Of a stretch of DNA of 63,838 bases, positions 23,978 to 34,525 are shown one piece after another. Under the pieces are notes generated by a model. The model was not told the origin of the DNA and searched no databases. It was given only the letters and a program-made list of their open reading frames with translations. Position 1 is the stretch's first letter. Each line of letters begins with the position of its first letter. The stretch is from Myxococcota bacterium (GTDB taxonomy: Bacteria; Myxococcota; XYA12-FULL-58-9; JALHOP01): the NCBI GenBank assembly GCA_041288095.1, contig JBGGMJ010000129.1:1-63838 (forward strand), in the 5' to 3' direction. The position numbers and the translations under genes are program-made.

Positions 23978-24145
23978 CGCCGGGGCTTGTGCCTCCTGGG
24001 TCTGCTGGTGGGCCCGGTGAAACCAGGAGCCGATTGGCGCGCCTTCGAGGCGCGGTGGTGAAGCTTTGAGATCCGTGCCGAGCCTCCGAAAAGGTCTTCA
24101 ATCGTTATCGGCCGGTCACGCCGGGCGGCGCCAAAAGCGAGCCCC

Positions 24146-24174
24146 CTGACTTTCCGAGGTGCTGGTGTTATGGT
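24146..24174 (+). promoter_or_regulatory. Sigma-70-type promoter of ssrA
   Basis: CTGACT-N17-TATGGT with extended -10 TG. Confidence 0.5.
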
Positions 24175-24193
24175 GATGGGCTCAGTTGCTCAT

Positions 24194-24588
<395 letters not shown>

Positions 24589-24589
24589 T

Positions 24590-24618
24590 CGGGCCCGCTC
24601 TACGGGCCCGTTTTTTTT
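24590..24618 (+). terminator. Intrinsic terminator of ssrA
   Basis: cgggcccg-ctcta-cgggcccg followed by T8. Confidence 0.85.
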
Positions 24619-24704
24619 GCCGATTGCCCTTGCTGGGCGCTGCTTTGCGCGGCGCCGCCTCGCGACGGGCGGTGGCTCGCCCCGTCGGGTATCTTCCCGT
24701 CACC

Positions 24705-25532
24705 ATGGCAAGCCCCAGGCAGACCGAAGACGAGCCGTACGTCATTCGCACGGGCGACTTTCAGGACGTCTCTCTGGAGCGTCCAGCGCTGCAGCCGGCA
24801 AAGACGTCGGTGCCGTGGACGTTGATCCTCCTCGCGGTCCTGCTCACCGCCGCGGCGGTCACCGGCGCCTACTACGGCTTGCCGTTGTATCGCGAGCTCG
24901 AGGAGCGACGCGTCGCCGCCGAGCGGTTCGAGACGCAGCTCAAGGAAACCAACCAGCAGATCACCGCCCTGCAGCTCGAGAAGGCGACGCTCGATGCCGA
25001 GAAGACGCGCCTCACTGGCGAGCTCGCCGAGAAGGCCGCGGCGGACAAGGCCGTGGTCGACGAGGCTCAGCGGGTAGCGGACGAGCTCGGCGCTTTACTC
25101 CAGGAAGAGATCAAGAAAGGCGAAGCGGAGGTTCGCGTGGTGAATGCGCGGACCATCGTCGATGTAAGCGACGGAGTGCTCTTCGACCTGGGCAAGGCGG
25201 AGCTCAACGAGCGCGGCAAGGGCATCCTGCAGCGCCTCGGCGAGACCCTGACGAAGGTCGATGGCAAGGTCGTGCAGGTCGGCGCTCACAGCGACACACC
25301 AACGATCAGCGGCAAGCTGGCCCAGACCTTCGCGACGAGCTGGGAGCTGTCGTCGGCGCGCGCCACCAGCGTCGTTCGCTTTCTCGAAGAGCAGGTGAAG
25401 ATCCCGGGCGCCCGTCTGGTGGCGGCCGGCTTCTCCGCCTACCGGCCGGTGGCGAGCAATGGCTCGTCCAGCGGGCGCCGTAAGAACCGGCGCATCGAGA
25501 TCGCCCTGCTGCCTCTGCCCGACAAGAGCTAA
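24705..25532 (+). CDS. OmpA/MotB-family membrane protein with coiled coil
   Basis: TM helix, coiled coil, VLFDLGKAEL, HSD, SWELSSARA, KNRRIEI. Confidence 0.9.
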   Translation: MASPRQTEDEPYVIRTGDFQDVSLERPALQPAKTSVPWTLILLAVLLTAAAVTGAYYGLPLYRELEERRVAAERFETQLKETNQQITALQLEKATLDAEKTRLTGELAEKAAADKAVVDEAQRVADELGALLQEEIKKGEAEVRVVNARTIVDVSDGVLFDLGKAELNERGKGILQRLGETLTKVDGKVVQVGAHSDTPTISGKLAQTFATSWELSSARATSVVRFLEEQVKIPGARLVAAGFSAYRPVASNGSSSGRRKNRRIEIALLPLPDKS

Positions 25533-25930
25533 GGGAGACCAGCGACGCGCCAGAGGGCGGCGAGTCCTTCGTTCGTCCCCGGCCAGTTTCGCCGAACGGC
25601 GTCAGGCCCGGCTCGGCGGACCACGGCGCGAAGGACGGCGCAGACGATGATCGCGTCGTCGGCGTAGCCAATGACCGGGATGAAGTCGGGGATGAGGTCG
25701 ATGGGGCTCGCGAGGTAGGCGAACAAGAGCCACAGGCGGACGCGAACGCCTCGCGCCAACGTGCGGTCCGTGGCCAAGCGCCGCAGCAGACCGATGGTGT
25801 CGGGAAGCAGACGCAGTGCCTCGCGCAGGAGCGAGCCCTTGGGGCGCGCGAGGATCAGAAACACGACGAGCACGGCCCAGCTCAGCAGCAGGCCGAGCGC
25901 GAGGCCGGCAATTGTCCGCCAAAACATCAT
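25529..25930 (-). CDS. DUF1232/YkvA-family membrane protein
   Basis: AYLASPIDLIPDFIPVIGYADD. Confidence 0.9.
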   Translation of the reverse strand: MMFWRTIAGLALGLLLSWAVLVVFLILARPKGSLLREALRLLPDTIGLLRRLATDRTLARGVRVRLWLLFAYLASPIDLIPDFIPVIGYADDAIIVCAVLRAVVRRAGPDAVRRNWPGTNEGLAALWRVAGLP

Positions 25931-25961
25931 GCAGCGCGTAAGCCCCTTCGCAGAGCGGCGC

Positions 25962-26360
25962 TCATCGCCAACCGTTGGTCGCGATGAGAGCGTCCACGCG
26001 CGTGACGATGTCGTCGCGGATCGCGCGCACCCGCTCCAGCGGCTGACCCTTCGGGTCGTCGAGCGGCCAATCGCCGCGCTGAAGGCCCGGTACGACGGGG
26101 CAGGCGTCACCACATCCCATGGTGATGAGATGGGTCGCGCCGCGCGCCAGCTCATCGGTAAGTTTCCGTGGCCTGGCACCCGCGAGGTCGATGCCGAGCT
26201 CGCGCATGACGGTTACGACCTCCGGATGAACGCGTTCGCCGGGCTGCGTACCGGCGGAGATCGCGCGTGCCTTGCTCGGTTCCGCGCGCGCGTTGAAGAG
26301 CGCCGCCGCGATTTGCGACCGCCCGGCGTTGTGGACGCAGGCGAAGATGACCGTGTTCAT
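25962..26360 (-). CDS. arsC: Arsenate reductase (LMW-PTP/thioredoxin type)
   Basis: [28 protein letters not shown]. Confidence 0.93.
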   Translation of the reverse strand: MNTVIFACVHNAGRSQIAAALFNARAEPSKARAISAGTQPGERVHPEVVTVMRELGIDLAGARPRKLTDELARGATHLITMGCGDACPVVPGLQRGDWPLDDPKGQPLERVRAIRDDIVTRVDALIATNGWR

Positions 26361-27421
26361 GCTTGGCTCCCGAGTGACGCCGGCGGCGCTTCATCGAAAC
26401 GGGACTTGAAGGCGAGCGCGACACGAACCAAGCCGACGAGGACGGGCACCTCGACCAGCGGCCCGATGACCGCCGCGAAGGCAGCGCCGCTCTGAATCCC
26501 GAAGGACGCGATAGCGACAGCGATAGCCAGCTCGAAGTTGTTCGACGCGGCGGTGAACGACAGAGTCGCCGACTGTTCGTAGCTCGCGCCCGCTTTGCGA
26601 CTCATCCAGAACGACGTGAGGAACATCACGACGAAATAGATGAGCAGGGGAGCCGCCACGCGGGCCACGTCGAGCGGGCGCTCCAGGATCTGCCGACCCT
26701 GCAGCGAGAACATGACGACGATGGTGAAGAGGAGGGCGACCAGCGTCAGCGGTGCGGTGCGCGGTACGAAGCGCCCGTCGAACCAGGCGCGCCCTCGCCG
26801 AGCGACGAGAACGCGGCGGGAGAGAAAGCCCAACGCGAAAGGTATCCCGAGGTAGATCGCGACGCTGAAGGCGACATCGAGAATGCCGACGTGGACGATG
26901 GTCCCCTCGAGACCCAGCCATGACGGCAACAGCGTCGCGAACAGGTAGGCGTAGAGCGGAAAGAAGAGCACCTGGAAAATGGAGTTGAAAGCGACGAGGC
27001 CGGCGCAATAGTCGCCGTCCCCTTGGGCTAGATCGTTCCAGACGATCACCATCGCGATGCAACGGGCGAGTCCAATGAGGATGAGGCCGAGCATGTAGTC
27101 GGGCCGGTCACGCAGGAAGAGGACCGCGAGCCCGAACATCAGCAATGGCCCGACGACCCAGTTCTGCAGGAGCGACAACGTGAGGACGCGACGGTTGCGA
27201 AAGACGCGGCCGATCTCCTCGTAACGAACCCGCGCGAGCGGCGGGTACATCATCACGATGAGCCCCGCGGCGATGGGGATCGAGGTCGAGCCGATACGCA
27301 TGTCCGCGATGGCGAGCGTCACCCCTGGGGCGAAGCGCCCGGCCAGGAGGCCGAGCGCCATCGCGAGGAAGATCCACACCGTCAGGTAGCGGTCGATCGT
27401 CGAGAGACGCTTCAACAGCAA
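26357..27421 (-). CDS. acr3: Arsenite efflux transporter ACR3
   Basis: [51 protein letters not shown] start overlaps arsI stop. Confidence 0.95.
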   Translation of the reverse strand: MLLKRLSTIDRYLTVWIFLAMALGLLAGRFAPGVTLAIADMRIGSTSIPIAAGLIVMMYPPLARVRYEEIGRVFRNRRVLTLSLLQNWVVGPLLMFGLAVLFLRDRPDYMLGLILIGLARCIAMVIVWNDLAQGDGDYCAGLVAFNSIFQVLFFPLYAYLFATLLPSWLGLEGTIVHVGILDVAFSVAIYLGIPFALGFLSRRVLVARRGRAWFDGRFVPRTAPLTLVALLFTIVVMFSLQGRQILERPLDVARVAAPLLIYFVVMFLTSFWMSRKAGASYEQSATLSFTAASNNFELAIAVAIASFGIQSGAAFAAVIGPLVEVPVLVGLVRVALAFKSRFDEAPPASLGSQA

Positions 27422-27894
27422 CCCGAAGTCGCGGTCTCGCTCTTCTCGGCCGGCCCGCAGCACGTCGCCGCGTTTGCCTTCTCTTCAGTGGGTACGCAGC
27501 ACGCCGACGCCGTGCGCTCATGCCCGTAGACGGTGCTCTCACCGCTCGTCAGGAACGTTTCCCACGAGATGCCCTGCGGGTCGTCGACCCAGCTCTTTTC
27601 GCTCTTGGCGTAGCAGCAGACGGTTGCGCCTTCCTCCAGCACCGGCGCGTCCGCTTTGGCGAGTCGGGAGTAGACCTCGCGCAGCTCGGTGTCGGTCTCG
27701 GCCTGAATGCCGAGATGCTCGATGCCGATCTCGCCGCCGCGCGCGCTGATGGCGAAGTTCACGCGCGGGTCGTCGAGCATCCACTTCGCGTAGTCGTCCT
27801 TGCGGACGGTTGGCTCGGCGGAAAACAGGTTCGAGTAAAACCGCACGGACTCTTCGATACTCTTCACACCAACATGCACATGCATCCGCAACAT
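27412..27894 (-). CDS. arsI: ArsI/CadI VOC-family metalloenzyme (C-As lyase-like)
   Basis: [44 protein letters not shown], Cys-pair tail. Confidence 0.88.
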   Translation of the reverse strand: MLRMHVHVGVKSIEESVRFYSNLFSAEPTVRKDDYAKWMLDDPRVNFAISARGGEIGIEHLGIQAETDTELREVYSRLAKADAPVLEEGATVCCYAKSEKSWVDDPQGISWETFLTSGESTVYGHERTASACCVPTEEKANAATCCGPAEKSETATSGCC

Positions 27895-27943
27895 GATTCA
27901 GCTCCTTACAGCGTGACGCTGTGATTGAGACCTTCGCGACGGA

Positions 27944-28267
27944 TCAGCAGCACTTGGCGCCCTTTGGAGAGGAGCCATCGCCGCAACAGTTTTCGGTGAG
28001 GTAGCCGACGAGGGCGCTCATCGCCCCATAGTCGGCCGCGTAGATGATGTGTCGACCATCGCGGCGCTGGGCGATGAGGCCGGCGTGCGAGAGCTGCTGC
28101 AGATGAAACGTCAGCGACGACGGCGGGACGCCCAGCTTCTCGGCGAGGATGCCGGCGGAGAGACCCTCTTCGCCGCGCTGCACCAGAAACCGGAAGAGCG
28201 CGAGGCGATGCTCGTGAGCTAGCGCGCCGAGGGCTTCGACTGTCTTTGCCGCGGTAAGGCGTCCCAT
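27944..28267 (-). CDS. arsR: ArsR/SmtB family repressor
   Basis: ALAHEHRLALFRFL, SSLTFHL, YLTENCCG and terminal CC. Confidence 0.9.
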   Translation of the reverse strand: MGRLTAAKTVEALGALAHEHRLALFRFLVQRGEEGLSAGILAEKLGVPPSSLTFHLQQLSHAGLIAQRRDGRHIIYAADYGAMSALVGYLTENCCGDGSSPKGAKCC

Positions 28268-28277
28268 ATGACCTCGA

Positions 28278-28305
28278 TGTCGAATGTCGCTACGACATTT
28301 CGACA
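28278..28305. promoter_or_regulatory. Putative ArsR operator
   Basis: tgtcgaatgtcg-cta-cgacatttcgaca imperfect palindrome immediately upstream of arsR; TTGACA-N16-TATTTT on minus strand at 28339-28312. Confidence 0.65.
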
Positions 28306-28384
28306 AGAGTCAAAATATACTAACGGCGGACCGTGTCAAGGACATTTCGATTAAAGTCGAAGGGTCGTGGCCGGCGGGTCGGGC

Positions 28385-29974
28385 CTATTTGCGCGCCAGC
28401 ACTTCACCCGCGGCGCGAATGCCCGACAAGCAGGCGCCTTCCATGAACCCTTGCCAGCTGTAGAACGAGTCGGTGTGCTCACCGGCGAAAAAGAGGTTGT
28501 CGACGGCTGTCCCTTCGAGGCCGGCGATGCTGGTGAACTGACCGGGCAAATAGCAGGTGTAGCTACCCTTGGTGAGCGGGTTCTTGGGCCACGCTTCCAA
28601 GTGGGCTCGGTAGTTGCCACGCTCGTCGCGCGACGCGGCGGCGGCGGCGCCGGGAAAGACGAGCTCGAAGTCGCGAAGGAAGTCGCCAACCTGCCGCTGC
28701 AGGCGTGCTGGGTCGAGGGCGGCGCCTCGGCTCGCGCTTGCATAATCGGTGATCACCGCGCGCGTCGGCGTGGCCAAGCTCGGGTTCGTCTCCCACGTGG
28801 TCTGCACGTTGGCGAGGTCCGCGTATGCGGCGCCGTTACCGCCGGAGGCGCTCCATGGCCGTCCGCTAAAGCCGACCAAAGTCTTGGCGTTCATGCCGTA
28901 ACCGAGCTCGGCGATGGCGCGGCGCTTCGCGGGCGGTAACGCGAGCGACGCGTCGAGGCTCACATCGCGTAGGGCCGTGAACGGCAGAGTGAGGACCACC
29001 GCGTCATGGCGGGCCACATGCGTGCGGCTCCCTTCGCGCAGCGCCAACTCGACGCGGTTGCCCGACGTCTTGCGCGCCGCGACGAGCTGCATGCCGGTAT
29101 GAACTTGGCCGCGAAGCTGCTCCGCGAGCCCGCTGGCGATGGCGTCGTTGCCCTCGACGACGTGGTAACGCTCGTCGCTGAAGACGCCGAACGGTGTGAA
29201 CTTGGAGCGCCGGTCGGCGTGGATGAACAGCAGGAAATTGAGCGCGCTCTGCTCCGCCGCGGCGAGGCCGTACTCCGCCTCGTAGGCCTCCTCGATGACC
29301 GCCCGCAGGACCGGCGACGCCCGTCGCGTCGCGAGATACTCGGCGAGACTCATGCGATCGAGAGCGACATCCGCGGCCGTATTCACCGCGGCGGACGGCT
29401 CACTCGACAGCGTGCGCAGGTCATCGCGCATCGCGGTGACGAAGGCGCGGTATTCGTCGACGATGACCGACTCGGCGTAGTGGCGGCCCCCGACGTAGTA
29501 AGCCACGTCACCCGGCTGCTTCCCCATGTCCTCGAGGGTGAGACCCAAGGCGCTCGCATAGCCCAACATCGTCTTGTGCAGATTGTCGATGAGCTCGCCG
29601 CCACGCTCGGCCACCTGCCCAGGGAAGACGCCTCGCAGCGAATAGCAGCGTCCACCGACGCGCGGCGATGCCTCGTAGACGGTCGCGTAGATGCCGGCGC
29701 GCTGCAGGGTGATGGCGCATGACAAGCCCGCGAGCCCCGCCCCGACAATGGCGACGTCGAGGTCGGACGACCGTGGTGCCGCCCAGACCGGCCGCGCTGC
29801 CACACCCAGACTGGCCGCGGCCGCGAGCTTACCGGTGGCGGCGAGAAAGTCTCGGCGCGAGCGAGCCGCGGCGGCGCTGGCGAGTGCCTGGTCGGTGCTG
29901 AGCCGCTGACGATGAGCGTACCCACCGAGACTCACCACCCGAGCTAGCCCATCGAAAAGCCGCGACCGACCCAT
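28385..29974 (-). CDS. Flavin-dependent amine oxidase (MAO family) with twin-Arg motif
   Basis: SRRDFL, IVGAGLAGL, RVGGR, ERGGELID, FAGEHT...GFMEGACLSG; GGAGG RBS before ATG 29974. Confidence 0.9.
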   Translation of the reverse strand: MGRSRLFDGLARVVSLGGYAHRQRLSTDQALASAAAARSRRDFLAATGKLAAAASLGVAARPVWAAPRSSDLDVAIVGAGLAGLSCAITLQRAGIYATVYEASPRVGGRCYSLRGVFPGQVAERGGELIDNLHKTMLGYASALGLTLEDMGKQPGDVAYYVGGRHYAESVIVDEYRAFVTAMRDDLRTLSSEPSAAVNTAADVALDRMSLAEYLATRRASPVLRAVIEEAYEAEYGLAAAEQSALNFLLFIHADRRSKFTPFGVFSDERYHVVEGNDAIASGLAEQLRGQVHTGMQLVAARKTSGNRVELALREGSRTHVARHDAVVLTLPFTALRDVSLDASLALPPAKRRAIAELGYGMNAKTLVGFSGRPWSASGGNGAAYADLANVQTTWETNPSLATPTRAVITDYASASRGAALDPARLQRQVGDFLRDFELVFPGAAAAASRDERGNYRAHLEAWPKNPLTKGSYTCYLPGQFTSIAGLEGTAVDNLFFAGEHTDSFYSWQGFMEGACLSGIRAAGEVLARK

Positions 29975-30049
29975 GACGCCTCCATTGGCTGAACGCCGAT
30001 ATATCGGCACTCAGCCATTGGAATTGCGCATGAAAGAACCGGCCGGCGG

Positions 30050-30856
30050 CTAGGGGCACTGTGTCGTTGGCGCCGCACCCGCGTTACCAATGACCAGGGC
30101 GTCGCTGCCGGTGATGGTCTCGCTGCCGCAGAGTGCGTTGCCGAGGAGCGTGACGTCGCTGCCGCCCGCGGTGACCGAGCCGTTGACGCGCGAGAACGAC
30201 AACCCGACACCGCTCGCGGGAAGCGCGAGGTTACCGGTGATGAGAGCGCCGCGAATACGGCTGTTGCTCCCGGAGACGGTGACATTGCCGCGCAGCTCGA
30301 CGTTCCCACCCAGCGCGCCCTCACCGAAGAGGGTGACGCGGCTGCCCGAGAAGGTCAGGTCACCCTCGTAGACGCCACCGCGAAAGAAGACGACCGTATC
30401 GCTCACGGCGAGCGCGGCGTTGACGTCGGCGAGGCTCGTCGAAGGCGTCAGCTCGGTGACGTTGTCCGTCGTGTAGTCCAGGTTGGCCATGATCTCGGTA
30501 CTCGATTCCCGGGCGGCGACCGCGACCTCCCGCAGCGCGCCGTCCTCCATGGTCACCTGAAACGTTCCGCCGGTGTTGTCGCCAGAGACGGTGATGACGC
30601 GTACACCCGCGTCGAGGGGAGCGAGCACCGCGATCCCGTCGTCATCCGTCGTCGCGGACACGCCATCGTCGGAGCTCAGTCGCACGCCCGAGCGCTCGCT
30701 CGCGGGCGGCGGCACGGATTGCTGGTTCGCGTCGTTGACGCGGGGATTGACGACGACGACGAGAGCGGTCGTTCCGAAGGCCACGTCGGTAGGGCCGGGC
30801 TCGGAATCCGAACAAGCGACAATTCCGAGGAACGCAACGATGAGCATCGAACGCAT
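30050..30856 (-). CDS. Lipoprotein with Ig-like and beta-helix-like regions
   Basis: MRSMLIVAFLGIVAC lipobox; repetitive GxxxxxGxx beta pattern. Confidence 0.7.
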   Translation of the reverse strand: MRSMLIVAFLGIVACSDSEPGPTDVAFGTTALVVVVNPRVNDANQQSVPPPASERSGVRLSSDDGVSATTDDDGIAVLAPLDAGVRVITVSGDNTGGTFQVTMEDGALREVAVAARESSTEIMANLDYTTDNVTELTPSTSLADVNAALAVSDTVVFFRGGVYEGDLTFSGSRVTLFGEGALGGNVELRGNVTVSGSNSRIRGALITGNLALPASGVGLSFSRVNGSVTAGGSDVTLLGNALCGSETITGSDALVIGNAGAAPTTQCP

Positions 30857-31003
30857 GGTGTTGACCTCCGGGGCTGCGTTCGACGGAACGCACCAGCGTG
30901 GCATTCAGCTGCACGGAGCGGGTGTGGGTGTCGCTAATGAGGAGCGGAGCCGACCCCGCGAGACCCACTTAAGTCCCGATGCGAAACGGTGTAAGCTTCC
31001 GCG

Positions 31004-32392
31004 ATGCGCGACCTTCGCTCTCCCGCGCGCGCGGCCCTCCTCGTCGCGGGGGCGGTCTGCCTTCTGGCCTGCCAGCGCGCCGATCCAGAAGCGCTCTACA
31101 TCACCGGGGACTTCCTCGAGGCGCGCAAGCATTACAACGCGGAGGCGTGCGCCAGGCTCTCGGAGGAGGCCGCCAAGACCTGCAACGAAAGAGCCGCGGA
31201 GATCAGCGAGGCCCTCGTGGGCGCCGCCCAATATCTCGGCCGGCGGGCGAACGAGCGCATCCGTTTCGGCAAGCAAATCCAATTCAATCAGTACGGGGAG
31301 GCGGTGCGCAGCCTCGAGTTGGCGCTCGCGATCTTGCCGCCCGACCATCCTTCGCGCTCGGACTTCTCGAGCGGTATCGAGCGCATTCGCGCCACCCAGA
31401 CCGCGTTGGCAAGCGAGCTCGATCAGCAGCTCGCGCGACTCCGGGCCCTGCTCGAGGCGGGCACCTACGATCCGGAGGTGTGGAACGAGGTTCGTCTGAC
31501 CTTCGAGCGCGTGCGCGTCCTGGTGCTCGCCGTCGGCAAGGCGGATGCCCGGCCGCGCGACCTCGCGCGCGAGCTCATGCAACAGTTCCGAAGGCACGGG
31601 CGTTACGAGCATGCGCGCATCGCCGGCGACCTCCTCGAAGCGGTCGACACGGCCGTGCAGCCGAGGTCCACGCACACCGACAACGAGCTCGTCACCTTGG
31701 GCATCATCGACTACATCGCGCAGCAGCAAGAAGCCGCGCGCCAGGCCAAGATCACCGCTCTCGCCCGCGAGGCCATCGCCGCCTTCGAAGCCAAGAAGGG
31801 CGAGCTCGCCGCCAACAAGGCGCGGGCGGTCCTCGAGCTCGGCCCCAACGTCCGCACCGCCCGTCACATGCGCGCCATCTTGGAGAACACCGAGGGCGCC
31901 ACGGGGCAGGGCGTGCGCGCGAGGGAGTCGAGAAGGGTCGTCGCGGAGACCAGCGGTGACATCACTCCGGTGCCCTTGGCCAAGGCTCCATCGTCCGCCA
32001 TAGAGGACGATGCTTCGGCCTCGGCGGCAGCACCGGTCAAGCCAGCCGAGCCGCAGGTGGACCGCCGGCCGGTGCCGCAGCGCTTGAAGGACCTCGTGCG
32101 GCTGTACGAGGACAAGCAGCTCTACGAAGCGGTCTCCGGACTCGAGCTCCTGCAGCGCGACGCCCGGGCCACCGCTGACAGGCGCAAGGTCGCCGAGCTG
32201 CGGCGACTTTGGACGCCCGACCGCAAGAAGCTCATCGCCGAGACCGTCGCTAAAGCGGACAGTCTCTACGTGCTCATGGACGAGGGGAGCCTCGCTGAAT
32301 ACCGTCGCGCTCAACGCCTCTCGCCCGACGGCGACATCGCCAAGCACGTGAACGAGCGCGTTCAGACCCTGCAGCGCATCCTCAGTTACTGA
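31004..32392 (+). CDS. Hypothetical helical (TPR-like) lipoprotein
   Basis: LLAC lipobox; all-alpha pattern; GC3-biased codons. Confidence 0.65.
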   Translation: MRDLRSPARAALLVAGAVCLLACQRADPEALYITGDFLEARKHYNAEACARLSEEAAKTCNERAAEISEALVGAAQYLGRRANERIRFGKQIQFNQYGEAVRSLELALAILPPDHPSRSDFSSGIERIRATQTALASELDQQLARLRALLEAGTYDPEVWNEVRLTFERVRVLVLAVGKADARPRDLARELMQQFRRHGRYEHARIAGDLLEAVDTAVQPRSTHTDNELVTLGIIDYIAQQQEAARQAKITALAREAIAAFEAKKGELAANKARAVLELGPNVRTARHMRAILENTEGATGQGVRARESRRVVAETSGDITPVPLAKAPSSAIEDDASASAAAPVKPAEPQVDRRPVPQRLKDLVRLYEDKQLYEAVSGLELLQRDARATADRRKVAELRRLWTPDRKKLIAETVAKADSLYVLMDEGSLAEYRRAQRLSPDGDIAKHVNERVQTLQRILSY

Positions 32393-33951
32393 GCGCGGAG
32401 CGGTAACCGCGTCCGCGTCTGCAAATAGCTCTCTGCCTCCGCCATCGCTTCCGCGTATTGCGCGTCCGTGAGCCGCAGAACGGCGCGAGCCTCTTCGGTG
32501 TCGAGTGCTTGGAGCACGGCGGCGCGCAGATGGTCGTTCTCGGCTTCCGAGCGGAAGCCGGCGACTCGGTAGAGATGCACCGGCTTCGCGAAGCCCTTGA
32601 CCGGCTCCGCGGTGGGCCCCTCGGCTTCGAGACAGCTCTCACCTTCGACGTTGAGGTAGGTGAAGCGATCGATGACCAAGCCGCCGGGCGCGGCCATCCC
32701 CTCGAGCCGCGAGGCGAGGTTCACGGTCTCTCCCATGATCGTGTAGTCGAGCTTCACGCCGCGTGCGCCCAGGGGACCGACGACGCAGCGCCCGCTGGCG
32801 ACCCCGAAACGGAAGCGCAGAATGCGACGCTGGTGGTAGCGCTGGAACAAGACGTTGGCGATGTTGAACAAGTGCTGCCCGGCGACATGGGTGCGCACCG
32901 CTTGCAGCGATGCATGATGGCTCGTCGTGCTGCGCAGGCCGTAGTAGGTCATCACCGCGTCGCCCATGAACTTTTCGATGATGCCGGCGTGGTTCGCGAC
33001 GAGCTGGCCGAATAGCGTGAAGTAGTCGCTGAGGTACGTGCTCGTCTCGTTCGGTGCGTGAGCGCTTGCCCAATCGGTGAAGCGAACGCCGTCGCCGAAA
33101 CCGACGGCCAAGCGGACGTCGACGGGGTTGTCCGGGGCTCGTCCGGCGAGGATCTCCTGCACCAGCGCTGGATTGCTGAAGCGGACGAAGACGCGCTGCG
33201 CCGCGCGCATCTTGATGAAGCTGTCGGTCGCGACTCCGATTTCGTCGTTGCTGGACGGTGTCAGGGGATGGTCGGCGTTGCCGGCCGCGAGCGCTCGGGC
33301 CGCATCACCGAGATCGACGACCGGCTTGAGAAACCTCTGCAGGACGCGGCGCGTGAGCGGCACCGTCACGAGTGCCGCCAGCAAGAACAAGACGGAGAAC
33401 GAAATGAGAATACTACGCCGAGCGGCGGCAAACGCGCGTTCGCTCAAGGTGATGACGACGTAGCCGAGGGTGTGCTTGGTCGCTTGGCCCCACTGCACCG
33501 GTGCCGCGATGCGCGTCCCGAGTCCGCCGATGTGCACGCTCTGGATCGAGGTGATGTCCTTGAGGCCGGAGAAGCGCGAGTACTTCTGTCCTAGCTGCGA
33601 CGCATCCTTGGCAGCCAGCACCGTCAGGTCCCTGGAGAGAATCAGGGCGTCGGCGACGCGGCCTTCTTTGTCGATGGTCAGGCTCTGGTTGAGGATGACC
33701 TGCAGCTCACCGGCGGCGTTCGGGTTGGTGATGATGGTGGCGATCGAGCCGGACAAGCCGTTCACCAGCGACCGCCCTGCGAACTCGATCTCGTCTTCGA
33801 CGCTCGCGCTCGCGACGAAGTACGCCGCCGCGCTGCTCGCAAGGGTCACGGCCAGCACCAATGCGAGCGTCACCAAGACGACGCGGGTCACGAACCTCGG
33901 GCCGCGGACGAGCCGCAGGCTTCGGGTCACGTGCGCTGAGGATTTCGCCAT
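32386..33951 (-). CDS. Membrane class III adenylate/guanylate cyclase with HAMP domain
   Basis: Two TMs around sensor domain, HAMP (NDEIG), GDGVRFT, EKFMGDAVM, DYTIMGETVNLASRLE, VKG. Confidence 0.88.
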   Translation of the reverse strand: MAKSSAHVTRSLRLVRGPRFVTRVVLVTLALVLAVTLASSAAAYFVASASVEDEIEFAGRSLVNGLSGSIATIITNPNAAGELQVILNQSLTIDKEGRVADALILSRDLTVLAAKDASQLGQKYSRFSGLKDITSIQSVHIGGLGTRIAAPVQWGQATKHTLGYVVITLSERAFAAARRSILISFSVLFLLAALVTVPLTRRVLQRFLKPVVDLGDAARALAAGNADHPLTPSSNDEIGVATDSFIKMRAAQRVFVRFSNPALVQEILAGRAPDNPVDVRLAVGFGDGVRFTDWASAHAPNETSTYLSDYFTLFGQLVANHAGIIEKFMGDAVMTYYGLRSTTSHHASLQAVRTHVAGQHLFNIANVLFQRYHQRRILRFRFGVASGRCVVGPLGARGVKLDYTIMGETVNLASRLEGMAAPGGLVIDRFTYLNVEGESCLEAEGPTAEPVKGFAKPVHLYRVAGFRSEAENDHLRAAVLQALDTEEARAVLRLTDAQYAEAMAEAESYLQTRTRLPLRAQ

Positions 33952-34003
33952 CGAGCTCGCAACGTAGTCGGCGTGGTGGGCGCGTGCAATGAAACCCGGT
34001 TCT

Positions 34004-34525
34004 TTAGCCCTTGCTCGCGACCAGGCTCAAAGGCACGGCACGGCCGGGGTTACCGATGACCAGGCTATCGGGTGGCACGTCGCCGACCACGACCGTACCG
34101 GCGGAGACCGCGGAGTTCTTGCCGATGCGGACGCCGGGGCGGACGACGGCGCCGTGGGCGAGCCAGACATTGTCCTCGAGAACGATGGGGCCACTCCGCT
34201 CACCGTCCTTGTCGGTGATGAGGACGCTCGAGGCGATGAGGCAGTCGCGTCCGATGATGATCGACCCGTGGGCTTCGTACGTGGAGCCCGAGTTGAGCAT
34301 GCAGGACGGGCCGATGCGGAGCTCGGCGCCGGGATGGGCAATGAAGCGGGAAGGCACGAGACCACCCATCATGCTGACACGGTCGCCGATGCTGATCCGC
34401 CCAAGCGGACGGGCTTCGACGCGACCGTAGGTGCCGACATTGAAGCCGATGTCGCAGCCTCGCAGCTGGAGGCGCGCGTAGGCGACCATGGCGATGCGTT
34501 TCAAGCGACCGATGTGGCGGTTCAT
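34004..34525 (-). CDS. Hexapeptide-repeat (LbH) acyltransferase
   Basis: PIVLEDNVWLAHGAVVRPGVRIGKNSAVSAGTVV...GNPGR. Confidence 0.85.
   Translation of the reverse strand: MNRHIGRLKRIAMVAYARLQLRGCDIGFNVGTYGRVEARPLGRISIGDRVSMMGGLVPSRFIAHPGAELRIGPSCMLNSGSTYEAHGSIIIGRDCLIASSVLITDKDGERSGPIVLEDNVWLAHGAVVRPGVRIGKNSAVSAGTVVVGDVPPDSLVIGNPGRAVPLSLVASKG

Noticed and set aside
24705..25532. Flagellar motB or T6SS tssL
   Set aside because: No motA or T6SS neighbours and no MotB TM Asp motif; generic OmpA-like peptidoglycan-binding protein
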